Shown: positions 12,738 to 27,208, numbered from the stretch's first letter. The stretch is 64,000 bases of DNA from the human T2T-CHM13v2.0 reference genome, Homo sapiens (GCF_009914755.1 NC_060934.1); one strand, 5' to 3'. A program made the numbers and translations. The notes: a model not told the origin generated them from the sequence alone.

Positions 12738-14103
12738 TGATATCTTTTGCTATGTAACAAATTATAAAGACTTAGTAGCCTAAAACAACATACATTTATT
12801 GTCTCACAGTTTCTATGTGTTAGGAAGCTAGCACAGCTTAGATGGGTTCTGTGTTTAGGATCAAAAAAAACAAAAACAAAAACGCAATTGAGGTGCTAAG
12901 TTATTTCCCTTTGTGGAGCTCAGTCATTCTCCAAGCTCACATGGTTGTTGGCAGAATTCAGTTATTTGCTACTGTAGGACCAGGTCCTCATTTTCTCGCT
13001 GGCTCTCACCCAGGGGTTTTGTTCAGCTCGTACAGTCTACCTGCAGTGTCTTCCCACATAGTCCTACAAACTGCTTTTACTCACCCGACATTTCTGACAT
13101 CAAATATGTGGGGTTTTTCCTCACACTGACTAATTCTCTAACTCTCTGGACACTGAAGTGTCCAACAATTCTATTCAATTCTGATCTATCCACCTGGAGT
13201 TAGCATCAGGTTCCACAAGTGAGGGCTCAGGCCCACAAGTCTGTCCCTTCAGATGCCAGTGACAAGTCCTGAACTTCTGACTGATAGGCTATAAATGTAG
13301 AGGGTTTCCCAACCTTGTCCTCATGTTTGATAATTTGCTAGAATGGCTCACAGAACTCAGGAAAGTACTCTACTTACATTAGCTGGTTTATTCTAGAGGG
13401 TAAGGGTGAACAGCCACATGAAGAGGTACATAAGGTGAATTCCAGAAGGATCTCAAACACAGCAACTTCAGCCCCATGGTGTTAGGGTGCTCCCACCTCC
13501 TGGCACTGACCCAGAAGTTCATCAAATCTGACTGTTCAAGAGTTTTTATGAAGCTTAGTCTTCAGCACCTCATCTCCTTCCTAGAGGTCAGTGGATGGAG
13601 CTGAACGTTCTTGGTCTTGGTGATGACCAGCTCCGTCCTGAGTTTGTCTAGGGGCGCCTACCCTAAGTCACTTCATTAGCATGAACCCAGGAATAATAAA
13701 AAGGGACTTCTTATGAATAACAAGAGACACTCCTATCACTCAGGGTATCACCAGGGTTTTAGAAGCTCTGTGCCATGAGCCTGGAATGAAGACCAAATAC
13801 AGAATTCTTCCTACATCACAGGATCACAGGTCCTTTATAGGTCCTCTCACAGCAAGGCAGCTGACTTCTTGAAGGCCAGAAGGAAAAAATCTCTCTTTTA
13901 AGACTTTCACCTGATTAAGTCAGTCCCACCCAGGATAATCTCTCTTTCCATTTACTCAAAAGCAGCTGATTTAGAACCTTAATTACAGCTAGAAACTGCC
14001 TTCACCTTTGCCAAAGTCTATGCGCTAGAAGGAAATTGCAGGTCCCACCCACACTCAACAGGAGGGGATTGTTCAGGGATCATTTTAGTGTGTGTCTGCC
14101 ACA
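12738..14103 (-). mobile_element. MLT1E/F-like MaLR LTR split by MER21
   Basis: MLT1 motifs occur at 12745-13064 and continue at 13829-14103, ending 'tctgccaca'. Confidence 0.75.
13065..13828 (-). mobile_element. MER21-family ERVL solo LTR
   Basis: The end 'ttcttcctacatcacaggatcaca' matches the reverse of the MER21 start. Internal 'gctagaatggctcacagaactcaggaaa' is typical. TSD is agtcc/ggtcc. Confidence 0.85.
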
Positions 14104-15752
14104 TCTTTTTTGGAAGTCCCTATAACTTTTTCATATTTTTTCAGTATTATAATGGCTCAAACTAGACACTATCTTCATCATCACCATCAACATCTTTGTC
14201 TCGTCCAGATCACCCTCCAAATGACAGAGAAAGTACTGTAAAGATGAATTAGCCCCTCTTTCCTGCTCTTGGTTTGTTTCTTAGCCCCTGCCCATCGCAC
14301 TGGGCTTATTATGGTCAACAGCTGCACATTTCTGGCTCCTATTCAGCCTGTTCCCAATTAGGACTGCCCCCCCACCCCAAGTCTTTTGAAAATTTGTATT
14401 TAAGATCCATGTGTACGAATCAAAGATGTTTCCTCCAAATAAGAAATACTCACTTGCCTAATGAGAGACCCTAACAGATTCTCCATCCAACCCACATGCT
14501 AGAAATCAACCTAAGTTAAATAACACAGATCCTGGAATGATATTTTCTCCTAAGATAACAAAAGGGCTGGAGGTGACTGCTAGGCACAAAAGGCATTACT
14601 AATTTGTGGGGAGAAGGCCATGGATAAAGATTAGGGAAGGTCTCACTGGACAGATTTTAGACACTAAGTTGTAAGTTGAATAGCCTTCCTGGTTTCTCTT
14701 GCAGTCCAAATTTTTCCAGTGTTTTCCCACATAATACAAAGCAAAGGGGAAAATATGGCATAGTGGTTATTTGACAATTTTGTAGCAATCATGAAATAGA
14801 TTGCAGCCCCCTCTGCAATGCCCAATAAGTGAGTAGACAGTAAAAACAAAGAGGAGTGTAATAGAGGTATTAAACAGCACGCTAAGAATATTAATGCCTG
14901 GGGACATTTTTTTTTACAAGTTTCTACTTTTTTTAAATTTAACATTGATGTTTTTCTCATTTAGCTTCCCTAAGTAATGTTTAATTCAAATTCTCAATAT
15001 TGAATGGGAGATACTTACCATATGGTTGACACGCTGCTCTGTAGGTTCATAAATTTGGAAGAGTTTTGATTAACACTGACAGAAAACCCTTTGAAAACAT
15101 ATGGCTGTATATACATCATGTCATTTCTAATAAGATGACACATCCTTCTTTGTTTTTTACTAATAAGATGAGGTCAGTTGTATTGAAGAAACATGATAAT
15201 GCTTTGTTGATTTTTCTTTATGGGAGAGAAAAACTGAGTAAAAATAAACTATTTTGTTGTTGCAGCAGACAGAAAGAAAGCATAGCAGATAGTTTGTGAG
15301 GATTAAAAAAATGATGGGTGCTATCTTGAAGCACTTTTTATAGACCTAGTTAACATGTTGTCCACTTGGGATGCTTTGTGACACCTCACATTTCCTTCTT
15401 GGTGACTGATCCTGAAGACCACCTAACTGCCTCAGAACCCATCTTATTCTCACCAGGTTTCAGAACTGATCTCTTCAGACCTCACTGAGTGCAACTTTCA
15501 TACCATTTTGGCGCCAAAACATTCTCATTCTTGGTTATTTACATATTCAGATGAACAGTTCTCTGTTTCTTGGACTGATTTGTTTCCATTTCTTCTGAAA
15601 CCCATTGCAACAAATTCAATTTGGGAATTCTGACATGAACTTTTTGAATAATATTTTGAAACATAACAAATATGGAAAGCAAATTGGCAATTTGTATCAA
15701 GAATCTTAAAAAACAGATGTCCATAGCTTTTGACCCAGTAACTCCCCTTTTA

Positions 15753-16127
<375 letters not shown>

Positions 16128-16130
<3 letters not shown>

Positions 16131-16259
16131 AATGCTGAGATGTTTCATTAATGCCTTCTGATTTGGAGGGAAGACTGAGTACCTAGCACTGAAGAAAGAG
16201 TGAGTTAATGAAATGTTGAGATGTCTCATTAATGCCTTCTAATTTGGAGAGAAGACTGA
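16128..16259 (+). repeat. 51-bp direct repeat with 81-bp period
   Basis: 16128-16178 and 16209-16259 differ by 4 mismatches. Confidence 0.95.
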
Positions 16260-16711
16260 ACAGGTAACATGGGGAAGATCCTCAGGAAACTCTGCAAATT
16301 TAATCCCCTTCATACCACAAAGGGGTTAGCAAAGGAGGGATGCCAATGCCTTTTATTCTGCTGTGTCAATTTAAGGGACAGGCTAAAGATGGAACATGGG
16401 ATACCTAACAGGACTTCAGAAGAAAGAGCAGAGCTGTGTTCCCCCGTACAAGAGCTTATTGCATCTCCACATTCCATTCCATATGTCAGGCTAAGAGAGA
16501 GGAAAAAAAGATAGGAGTAGCTAAGAGTCATGTAGCACTCTGTCCCCAAACTAAGAGGAAAACACATGTGCGCATGCGCGCACACACACCCATACACACC
16601 CAAACTTCAGATAAGCTGGGAAAGTCATAGAGGAGGAGTCATACACACTATATTGTGGCAAATAGAAGGTCTGGACAACCATGCCAAGGTCCTTTAGAAA
16701 AGGGAGAGATG

Positions 16712-17104
<393 letters not shown>

Positions 17105-17169
17105 TTATATAGTAAGAGTCAGATTATTCTTTTATTTATATAATAAAAGATCTATGGTATAGAACATAG

Positions 17170-17715
17170 ATGAGCAACTACATCTGAAAGAAAACAACTT
17201 AAAAAAACAGATGAAAGCATTCCAAGTGATTAAGTGCTTTAGCGATAGAACTTAAAATCATTAAGTCAATAAAAGAAAGTAGTAAAGTGAGAATAATAAC
17301 ACAATGAGACAAAAATGAATTTTGAAGCAATTATTGAAACATTGAGAACTAAAACAACAATATTACAACAAACCAAAATTAGCAAGAAAAAAGATGAAAA
17401 TAAAAATTAAGTTGCTGGAATGGAGAAAATCTGGAGGTAATCATAGTGAATGCAGAGGAAAAAGCAGAAAGTAAAGCAATTAGAAAGAAGAAGGAGAATG
17501 AAGATAATCTAACACAAGGATAACTGGTATCCCTGAAGTAACACTGCAAAAGAACAGAAGTTCTTTTGAGACATAATAGTGAAAAACTAAATCTTTGAAA
17601 AAAAGGAGGAACTGGATCTGAAGGTTGAAAGGGTACACTGTGTTCTAGGGAAAAGTTGATATGTGAGTCCACGTGGAAATGTGTTCTGGGGAAAACAGTA
17701 AACTCAGGAAAAAAA
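17170..17715 (+). mobile_element. Degraded L1M ORF1-region fragment
   Basis: A-rich L1-like sequence, e.g. 'aagataatctaacacaaggataactggtatccctgaag' and 'gaaggttgaaagggtacactg'. Confidence 0.5.
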
Positions 17716-17724
17716 ATTGTTTTT

Positions 17725-18675
17725 CACATACAGCAGGTATATGATAAAATGCTCAACATCACTAATCAACAGGGAAATGTAAATCAAGACCACAATGAGA
17801 TAACCACCCCCGCCCTCCCCCCCCCCCCCCAGTTAAAATCATTATTATCAAAGATGAAAAAAATGGCAAATGCTGTTGAGGACATGGGGAAAGGGGAACT
17901 CTTATATACTGCTGGTGGGAATATAGATTAGTACAGCTATTCCGGAAAACAGTATGAAAATTCCTCAAATAATTAAAAATATAACTACCATATAATCCAG
18001 CAATTCCATTACTGGGTAAAAATCCAAAAGAATTTAAATATGTTGGAAAGATATCTGCACTCTCATGTTTATTGCAGCACTAGTCACAATAGCCAAGAAA
18101 TGGAATCAACCTAAGTTTCCATCATCAAGTGAAAGAATAAAGAAAATATGGTACATCTACACAGTGGAATGCTATTCCACTATAAAAAGAATAAAATTCT
18201 GTCATTGCAGCAACATGGATGAACCTGGAGGAAATAATATTAAGTGAGATAAGCCAAACATAAAAGGACAAATACCACATGATCTCACAATATGTGGAAT
18301 CTAGGAAAGTTGATCTCATAGAAGTAGAGACTAGAATGGTAGTTACTAGAGGCTTGGGGAGGGGAGACAGGAGGGAGAAATGGGGAGAGGTCGTTCAACA
18401 AGTGCAAAGTTACAGTTAGATAGGAGGAATATTTTCTAGAGTCCTATTACATAGTAGGGTGACTATAGCTAATAATAATCCTATCATATATTTTAAGATA
18501 GCTAGAAAAGAGGATCTTAAAAGTTATCACCACAAAGAAATGATAAAGGTTGGAAGTGATGGACATGCTAACTCCCCTGATTTGATCGTTACACAGTGTA
18601 CACATATATTGAAATATCACACTGTACCCCATACACACAGACAACTATTATGCATCAATGACAACAATAATAAAG
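17725..18675 (+). mobile_element. L1MA-type 3' end (ORF2 C-terminus and 3' UTR)
   Basis: Contains 'aatgctcaacatcactaatc', 'ccagcaattccattactggg', 'atgtttattgcagcactagtcacaatagccaag' and an L1MA 3' UTR. Confidence 0.9.
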
Positions 18676-19421
18676 TATAGCACATACAATTATGTACAGT
18701 ACATAATATTTGATGATGATAATAACTATTATTGGTTTATGTAAAAAGTATACATAAAGAATTCTTCAAATTGTCAGGGAGTAAAAGCAATCCACCATCA
18801 AAGGGCAAATATGAGGTTTATCTCAGACATGCTATAATTCTTTTCTAAGTAAAAAAGAAAAGATTTGCTAAAGATATGAAAATAATTTATTTTTAAATAT
18901 AAGGATCACAGACAGCATTCTCAAAAATTAGTAAAATATAGCATCCTTAACCCACTTTTGAAATGAATTTCCAACAGAGTATACCAGCCAACCAAGAGAC
19001 GAATCAAATATAGAATTAGGAATAGATAAGTTGTAGTTAAAGAGACTGGTGAAAAATGATGAAGCCAACTAACTATAGGCTAAGATTGAAAGTGAAAATT
19101 TGATTGCAGAATAGAATATGCACATTAGAAACCTGGAAAAATTCTACAAAGCAATATAACCAATGAAAGTGGGGAGGGAGATAGGAAAAAATAGAAAGGA
19201 ACAAATCTTATCTTCATAGCAGATGAATATTGTTCAAAAATGACGTCTAATTTAAAAAAGTTAATGACTAACTTCTTAATGTTTTTCATAATAATTATTT
19301 TAAGATGTGTTCATTTAGGAAACACTCACTCTCTTATGATGGAGAAATGTTTATCTGTGGTTTAGAAGTTCTTTATGTTTATTCAATTTCTTTTTATTCT
19401 GTTAAAGTTAAAATTTATCTA

Positions 19422-19480
19422 TTAGGTTGGTGCAAAAGTAATTGTGGTTTCCAACCACAATTACTTTTGCACCAACCTAA
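19422..19480. mobile_element. MADE1 (Hsmar1-derived MITE), internally deleted, perfect palindrome
   Basis: Reads ttaggttggtgcaaaagtaattgtggtt-tcc-aaccacaattacttttgcaccaacctaa. Confidence 0.95.
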
Positions 19481-19494
19481 TTCTTTTAATAGTA

Positions 19495-19735
19495 TGCTAA
19501 ATGCTATGTGGTATCTTGGATTGGATTGTGGAACATAGAAAAGGACATTAGTGAAAAAACTAGTAAAATCCAAACAAAATCTATAGTTAATAGTAAATTA
19601 ACTGTGACAAATGTACCATGGTAACATAAGATGTTCATATTAGGAAAGTCCAGGTGAGGAGTAGTTGGGATCTTTCTATACTATCTTTGCAACTTTTCAG
19701 TAAATCTAAATTAATTCCAATACAGAAAGTCTCTT
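19495..19735 (+). mobile_element. L1ME/MC-type 3' UTR fragment
   Basis: Contains 'ggaacatagaaaaggacattagtgaaaaaact...aaatgtaccatggtaacataagatgtt...ctatctttgcaacttttc'. Confidence 0.75.
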
Positions 19736-19929
19736 ACAAAATAGTATGTGTCATATTTACCTATCCTTTAACCTAAATCTTTGTGAAGAATGATGCCTAG
19801 GATCGTGTTTCTCAAAATTTTACACTGGCTGTTTCTGGGTAGTTGGCTTCAGGGTGATTTGTTGCTTTTGCTTTGTATACTTTTTGTTATTGATTGAAGT
19901 TAACAACAACTGATTATCATGTTTATTAC

Positions 19930-20287
19930 TAATATGGTCTGGCTGTGTCCCCACCCAAATCTCACCTTGAAATGTAATAATCCCCATGTGTCAAGGGCAG
20001 GGCCAGGTGGAGATGATTGAATCACGGGGACAGTTTCCCCCATACTGTTTTCATGGTAGTGAATAAGTCTCACGAGATCTGATGGTTTTATAAATGGGAG
20101 TTTCCCCTGCACAAGCTCTCTTGCCTGCTGCCAGGTAAGATGTGACTTTGTTCCTCCTTTGCCTTCAACCATTTTTGTGAGGCCTCCACAAGCCATGTGG
20201 AACTGTGAGTCCATTAAACCCCTTTCCTTTACAAATTATCCAGTATCAGGTATGTCTTTATTAGCAGCGTGAGAATGGAGTAATACA
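19930..20287 (+). mobile_element. THE1C-like solo LTR
   Basis: Runs taatatggtctggctgtgtccccacccaaatctc...gagtaataca, with perfect TSD attac (19925-19929 / 20288-20292). Confidence 0.95.
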
Positions 20288-22049
20288 ATTACCAATAATA
20301 TTATTCTAAATTTTAACAAAACAAATACAATGGTGAATGTAGATGAATATTAACATGAGGAACACTTACAATATAACATTTAAAAGCAGAGACAAAAACT
20401 AAAGAATGTCGTATAATTTTATTTTCAAAAGTATATGATAAAAATGACTGGAAGGAACTATATTAAATTATTGCTGGTGTTTGTCTCTGGATTAATAGCT
20501 TTTATTTTCCTCTTTATGCATTTACAATTTTTTATAGTTGTTTAAGCAATGAGTATACATTTATAATAACTGAAAAATAAACACTACAGTTTTACTGTTA
20601 TCCAGTGAAGTTAGTACTGGCACTTGGCAAGTCAACTGCAAAAGTTAATTAAAGCAGTGAATCATAAAATGTGATATATACATACCTTAAAGATTTAATT
20701 TTAACTTAAAACATATGGATGTTCATTCACGTGCCACTCTTTTGATGTTGAGCCAAGGCCCTTTCTTTGTGCCGGGGTCTGATCTGAGTTCCAAGCAGTC
20801 TTTCTTTCAAAACCACCCATAATGCATCATCCAGAAGTTTCCATTTTGGTTTCTTAAAGGCAGAATGAGACCTTTAAGATACTGATAAAGCAATTTTTCT
20901 TACATTTTTACTCTCTTCTCATCTTTCATGTGTCCTTTACATATACTTTGATAGTAATTTATTGAAGCACTTTGTCATTATTAAATCTTTCATCAGTTTA
21001 CATAATATTTATGTAAATAATAAGATTATAACATTTGCATAAACAGTTGCTAGGCCAGCGAACAGAAATAGGTTTGGGAAGACACATGGCTAACTCGTGG
21101 TTGTCACAACTGGTGGGAATAGAAGTGTCAGGGCTTGATAGAGAGTAGTCTTCGCCATAAGCACTTGACATGCTTTGGGCATCAGTCAGAAGGTTTTACT
21201 GAGGAAATGGAGAACCTTACATAACAAGTTGATGAAGTCAAGGAAGGTTATGAGAACTCCTGTAAAAAACATAAAAATGGCAGACTCCACTATGTCTTGC
21301 TACCTTACATGTAGCTGGAGGAGGTTACCACCAAATTTCTTCTCATCTGGTATTCTCTCCACTTGCACTTGATAACTGTGATACCTTCTTGTGGTTCCTT
21401 TAACGTAGGTAAAATGCTGATGGACGACAAATGGGACATTAGCGCCTTTTCTAGTTGGCCCCCACTATAAGCTGGTAATGGTACTTCTATTGCACAGATG
21501 AGGAAACTGAGTCACAGAAAAGTGCAACCCTGACCTATATCTGACTCGAAGTGCACTGCTCTAATCATCTACCATCGTGGCCTTTTTTGGTGGTATGGGG
21601 TTAATGATTAAACTAGAATGTGAACATATACAAAGAAGGTACTTTTTAAATTGTCTTTTACATTGTCAGTATAGAACAGCTTTTCTCCAATAATACCTCA
21701 TAACATTTCCTTATTTTTCTGTGTCTTAAAACTATCAGCTATACAGAAATAGTGTGCATGTCATGCCATCTTCCTCTGTCCTATATATTTAGAATAATTC
21801 ATCTCCATCTTTCTATTCAGGGCCGGTTCTACAGAATCCCTATTCTCTTTAGGACTATCCACATACCACACAGTCCTCAATTTCACAAATACTATTTGCA
21901 GTTCCAACTTATATTATCAGCTTGAAATGTGCAGTGGAAGTGCCTGTCCCCTTTGTTAAATACCGTACCAGCTACCCAAGGTTTTCCTACATTTGTGGCT
22001 CTCATCTCCTTGGCATCACAAGCTTCATCTTTTTTTTTATCACTCTTAT

Positions 22050-24310
22050 CAGCTTATGCCAATTTTCAAAGATTTCTTCCTCAACATGATTTCTTCATAT
22101 TCTTTCTTCTTGTTACAGCTAAGCTCCTCCAAGGAGTTGTCCAAATTTGCTCTCTGCTCCCTCATTTCGTCTTCTTTCACTCCCAGCTTTCTGCAGCTTC
22201 TGAAGAATGCCAATGGCCACCATCTTCCCAAATGCAATGCCTGTCTGTTCTCATATTTCTTGACCTCTCAGGAGCAAGCTATTGACACATTTGACTACAC
22301 CTTCCTCCTTGAAACCCTCTATTCTCTGTAATTCTTAAGCATTGTATTTTCCAGGCTTTCCTCCCACCTCACTGAACCTCCCTTGATTCCCTCCCTAGCT
22401 TCTCTTCTGTCCAATCTCTAAGTGCTGAAGGATTCCAAAGTTCTGCTCTACACCCTAAGTTGACCTCATCCAGTCCACTGGCTTTATATACAATCTATAT
22501 ACTGATAATTCCTTCATTTATTTCTTCTGCTCCTTCCTTCCCCCGAACTTTAGATACATTTAAATACTACTTGGTAGCTCCACTTGCATGTATAACAGCA
22601 TCTCGTACGTAACATATACAAAATAAACTCTTCATTACTCCCAGGCAGTCTGCTCACCACCCCGTGACTGGCCCAGGAGGTAAACGACACAATTCACAAG
22701 TAGTTCAAGTAAAAACAATCTAGATGACATCTTTGATTTATATTTTTATCTCACACCCAATCACATTCAGTTCATCAGCAAATTCTATCACCTCCACCTC
22801 AGAAATGTCCAGTGAATCCCTACCTCTCCCCATCCGTGCTGCTATCCTCTGGTCCAGATCCATATCATCTCCTTCCCAACCTGGTGTGTGGTAAAACCTA
22901 AATTTAAGGCCCAAATTTTGACATCTGTTGAAACTGGGAGGGTCTCACATGGCCTGATCCCAAGCTTCCCTCTTTTCCTGCAGATAAGACCCACCACCCA
23001 AATAACCTCTGTATCCAGGGACCAAGTAGCTCCTGCCTATTCCTGAGTAGCAGGTTTCAGTTTGCTGCCAACCTGCAGAATTATTCAGACAAACCAATGA
23101 CATCTTTCTGCAGGTCACCTCATCCACTTGATACTACACAGCTGTTGGCTATTCACTCTGTTCCCAAGTGCAAGCTCCAGGCAGCCCTGGATGGCATGTG
23201 GTGCCCCCCCGCCAAGGCTGTGAATATGTGTGACTAATAAAATGCCATCTCACCTGCCCAGGGCCCAGTGTCGTGTACGTGCCTATCTCCATCATCCTCG
23301 GGTGGGATTCCCTCCCTTGCCAACAATGAGCTTACAACACCTGGCTGCCACTGAAGTCTGATTCAAATGGTTTCTTCTCTGAGAGGTCTCCTTGGATCCC
23401 ACTATCCCACAGTCCTCTCATTTCTACTTGGCACTTGTCATTATCTGTAATACCTTATTTATTTTTGTTTGTGCATGTTTAGTCTCCGGCACCTCCCACT
23501 AGAATGCGAGTGCCACATCCAACATTAGCTAATCCCTGAGAGCCACTTTTAGATGTATCCGGTGGATAGCCACTGCCTCCCACCACCTAGCCCTCATCGG
23601 AGCCCAAGCTAGCAGCACCCCTCACCTGGATGATTGCACTCACCTCCTCGCTGCTCTCTCTGCTTCCACTCCTGCCCCCTTCTCTCCTCATGGTATCCAG
23701 AGGGACCTTCTAAAAGTGTGAGTTAGATTAAGCCGCTCCTCTACTCGATATCTCCTGCCACTGCCTCATGCTCCCTCATGCAGAGTCAATACCCATGTCC
23801 TTATCATCACTTACCAGTTCTCGGTCTGGTCCCACACGTTCCCGCCCTCATCTTCTGCCATCTCCCCTTTACCACTGTGCTCCAGGCACCCTGGTTTGCT
23901 TGCGGATCAGAGCTTTGTACTTTGCTTTTGCTGTATCCAGAAGAATCTTTGCCCAGATATCGACAAGAGTCCCACACTTCCTTCTGTTTAAACATCATGC
24001 ATTAGAGAAGCCTGTGATTCACACACCCTTCCCTCTCTATCCTGGTATCCTACTTTCCTCTTCTTAGCATTTTCATTTATTTTCTTTTTTTTCTGATTTG
24101 TTTATTCTCTGTCTACCCTGCTAGATTGCAGGGAGGAATAGGGATCCTCTCCGACGCACCACTGTGTCCCCAGCATCCAGCTCCTATGTTAGGGTCCTGA
24201 AATATATTTGTTTAATTAATAAGTTTGTGTCTTGCTTACCATTGTATCTTTAGAGCCTCAAACAGTATATGGCACACAATAATAATATTAAAAGTGATTT
24301 TGAAATAACA
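22050..24310 (+). mobile_element. L2 body and 3' end fragments, interrupted by an LTR
   Basis: Pyrimidine-rich L2 sense sequence with a decayed RT motif 'ctatatactgataattcc' (LYADDS-like) near 22495 and L2 tails near 24200 and 24300. Confidence 0.7.
22885..23339 (+). mobile_element. ERVL-type solo LTR (LTR47-like)
   Basis: TG...CA termini, perfect 5-bp TSD cctgg (22880-22884 / 23340-23344), and AATAAA at about 23236. The family name is from recall. Confidence 0.8.
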
Positions 24311-24324
24311 GGCAGGCTTAAAAA

Positions 24325-24552
24325 CGTATCTAGCACTGGGTGTGTGCCAGGTACTGTTCTCAGCTCTTGAGATATGATATTATTTAGTTCTCTCAACAAC
24401 TATGTAGGGCAGGTACTGTTCCTAGTCACAGATTAGGAAAGTGAGGGACAAAGAAGCCAAGTAACTTGCTCAAAGTCACATGCATGGTAAGTAAAGCCAT
24501 CAGGATTCAAAACCAGGAGGTCTAGCTTCAGAGCGTGTGCTGTTAACCACTT
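24325..24552 (-). mobile_element. MIR SINE
   Basis: MIR core 'cagattaggaaagtgagggacaaagaagccaagtaacttgctcaaagtcaca...ggattcaaaaccagg'. Confidence 0.85.
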
Positions 24553-26499
24553 TAAATAAATAAACAAGTCATGAAATTGTCGTCAAAAATTTCTCCTTGT
24601 GACATCCTCCTTCAACCCAACAGGGCATGAGGACATGACAGCTGTTTCCTACGTTAGCAGCTCTCTTTACTAGTATAGTCGGAGAACGCATTAACCAATA
24701 CTACATTGTATAAAAAGCACTACCTAAAACACCAATAAATATCACACTAGGGCATGAGAAAAAAAATGTTAAAGAAAGATTATTTATTTTTGTTGCTTAC
24801 TTAACCTCTGAAGGGTTAAAAGCCACTGATATCCAAAAAGGAAACTTCTGTATTCTAATTTATGCCTATCTATGTCTCAACTGTCAGTAGGAATGCAGAA
24901 GGTCAACTCAGGCTGCACCAATAGGTGTTTCATAAGCTAAATGGTGATAAAGAATTAGATCAGCCAAAAAGCCAACCTAGAACTGGAAATGAATACGCAC
25001 TTTCAGCAGGCCATTCCTCACAGGATATAAATTAGAACCACTCCAAGATATAGTAGGTGTTCACTCAAGTTTCTCTGTGGGTTTTCATAGCCCTTAGACT
25101 GTTGCATTTGAAGTGAAAGCTAATAAAAGTCCAGAAACAAATTTGAAAAGGTATTGGTACCAAGAGATTAATTCAAGAGTTTTTAGAGGAAGTACCCTCC
25201 ACCTTGAATGCCTTTGGAATGAAAGAGGAGCGTCATTTCACATATGGTCTTCAGGAATGCCCTAATGCAGAGTGAGAGGCATGGGCTCTTGTAGCCCATC
25301 ACCTTCTCCCACAGGAGGAAAAAAGCTGCGCTCTGTTATTGGCTTTTGGCAGCAGGTAAAAGAGCTTAAGTGTCCCTTCCGTAACCGTGAGGCTCTGTGA
25401 CCTGCAGTCCATCTGGAAAATCTATTTTTCAAACGCAATCAGGCTCACAAAGGTAAGAGGCAGAAAGCAACTATTTTGACCTCAAAGTCCTTAAGAGTAT
25501 CAGCAGGTTTTGTCAACAGAGACCAAATACAGTAAAGAGTGAAGACAATTGCCAAGATCATTCAAGTCCAACACCCCTCCCTGGATTCTGACCAAAACAG
25601 ACCCCTGCAGATGAAAGTGTTGCTCGTAAGAAAAAAAAAAAAATTGACCAGAATAATTCACACCATCTACATCAGTTGACCTCACCAGAAACTCTAGGGA
25701 AAACGGCCTCTGGGATCATGATCTAGGGACCTAAAGGTTACAAGAATTGCATTGCTGAGTGTTGGGCTGGAACCTAATGGAAATGGCTGAGACCCCACAG
25801 GGACCTCCACCATGAGTAAGGTCAACTTTAAAATTGAATCAGGTTAGAAGAGTCACGTTATGCTTTGGAGCCAGGCAGATAACCCTGACTAGCAAATGAA
25901 GCTTCAGTGAGAGGCAAAACTCAGCAATTTTCACTTCATTCTTTTCCAATATATAGCTAAAGTGCCAACGTAACATGACATTTAAACCTTACAATACAAT
26001 ATTAAGAGAACACAAATGCAGCACAGCAAGTATTTTTCAAAGGGGGCTACTAAGAGGCTGAGCTTGGAGATTTAGAGTCAAGTTGATTTACAGTTACCTA
26101 ATTATAGATAGGAACCCTGATCACCATTCCTTGGGCCCCAAATTTGCTATCTTCATAGATTGAGGGAATTCACCAGTGGAACTCTCAAGGTGCCTCGTGG
26201 GCAATCAGTAAAGGCCTGGGGAATTTTACCCACATTTAAGATAGAGTGAAACAAATCCAGAACATGGTTCATGAGATGGTTCTAAGTTTAACCTCCGGAT
26301 GACATTCTGAGATCATTATGTAGGAGCTCAGAATTTAGATTCTACGCTAAATAACCTCTGTGAACACCAGAGAGAAGGGAGCTTGCTCAGCTGGTTTTTC
26401 CAAGGATCCAGGAAGCTCCTGTTCCCACCAAGGCTGCTACATTTGGTATGATGTGATGGGGGCAGCCACATGGAGTCTGGGACTGGCACCAACACTGAG

Positions 26500-26980
26500 G
26501 AAAGCCCAGCTGGGCAGATGTTTCTGAAGCACCATGCCACAGCTCCTTGGCCTACCCATTTTGAGGACAACTGGAGTGGACACTCACACCCCTACTGCGG
26601 GGTGTCCTGTGTTGAGTGTGCCACCTGTACCAGGCACGAGCAGGTACAGCCCAGAAGTACAGGGACTTAATGTCCCCAGGAGCAACCCTCCACCAATGGG
26701 AGGCAAAGATCTGTAGATAAATGTCCTAGCTTTCCCCATCTTCCATTCTGGACAGTTCGGTAGAAATTCTGAATTCTATGTGGTTCCTCAGAGGTGCCCC
26801 AGCAGGGCTGAGCCCCAGTTGCTCATGTGGTCGGCTCATTACCCCAGCATGTGGTGGCTTTTCTTCCTGCCCTGTCCCTTTCCCTCTCCCTTGCTTCTGC
26901 CTCTTGGGATCGCTTCCCAAATAAACTATTTGCTCTCAAGTTCTTGTCCCAAGCTCTGCTTTCAAGGAACTCAAACGGTG
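26500..26980 (+). mobile_element. LTR16-like ERVL solo LTR
   Basis: Contains 'cagcccagaagtacagggacttaatgtccccaggagcaaccctccaccaatggga...cttcccaaataaactatttgctctcaag'. The left edge is approximate. Confidence 0.75.
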
Positions 26981-27020
26981 TATCAGCCACTAGAAGGAAA
27001 GCGGGAAAACAGATACAAGC

Positions 27021-27208
27021 GCACACACTCACACACATGCACTCACACACATACACATACACGTACTCACACACACACACACTCACACCCACACATTCAC
27101 ACACACAGGCACTCACACACATACACTCTCACACTCAGGCACTTACACACACACACACACTCTCGCACACAGGCACTTACACACACTCACACTCACACAC
27201 ACACTCAC
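27021..27208. repeat. Imperfect (CA)-rich compound repeat
   Basis: About 190 bp of CA/CACT units with a recurring 'caggcact(c/t)acacac'. Confidence 0.95.
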
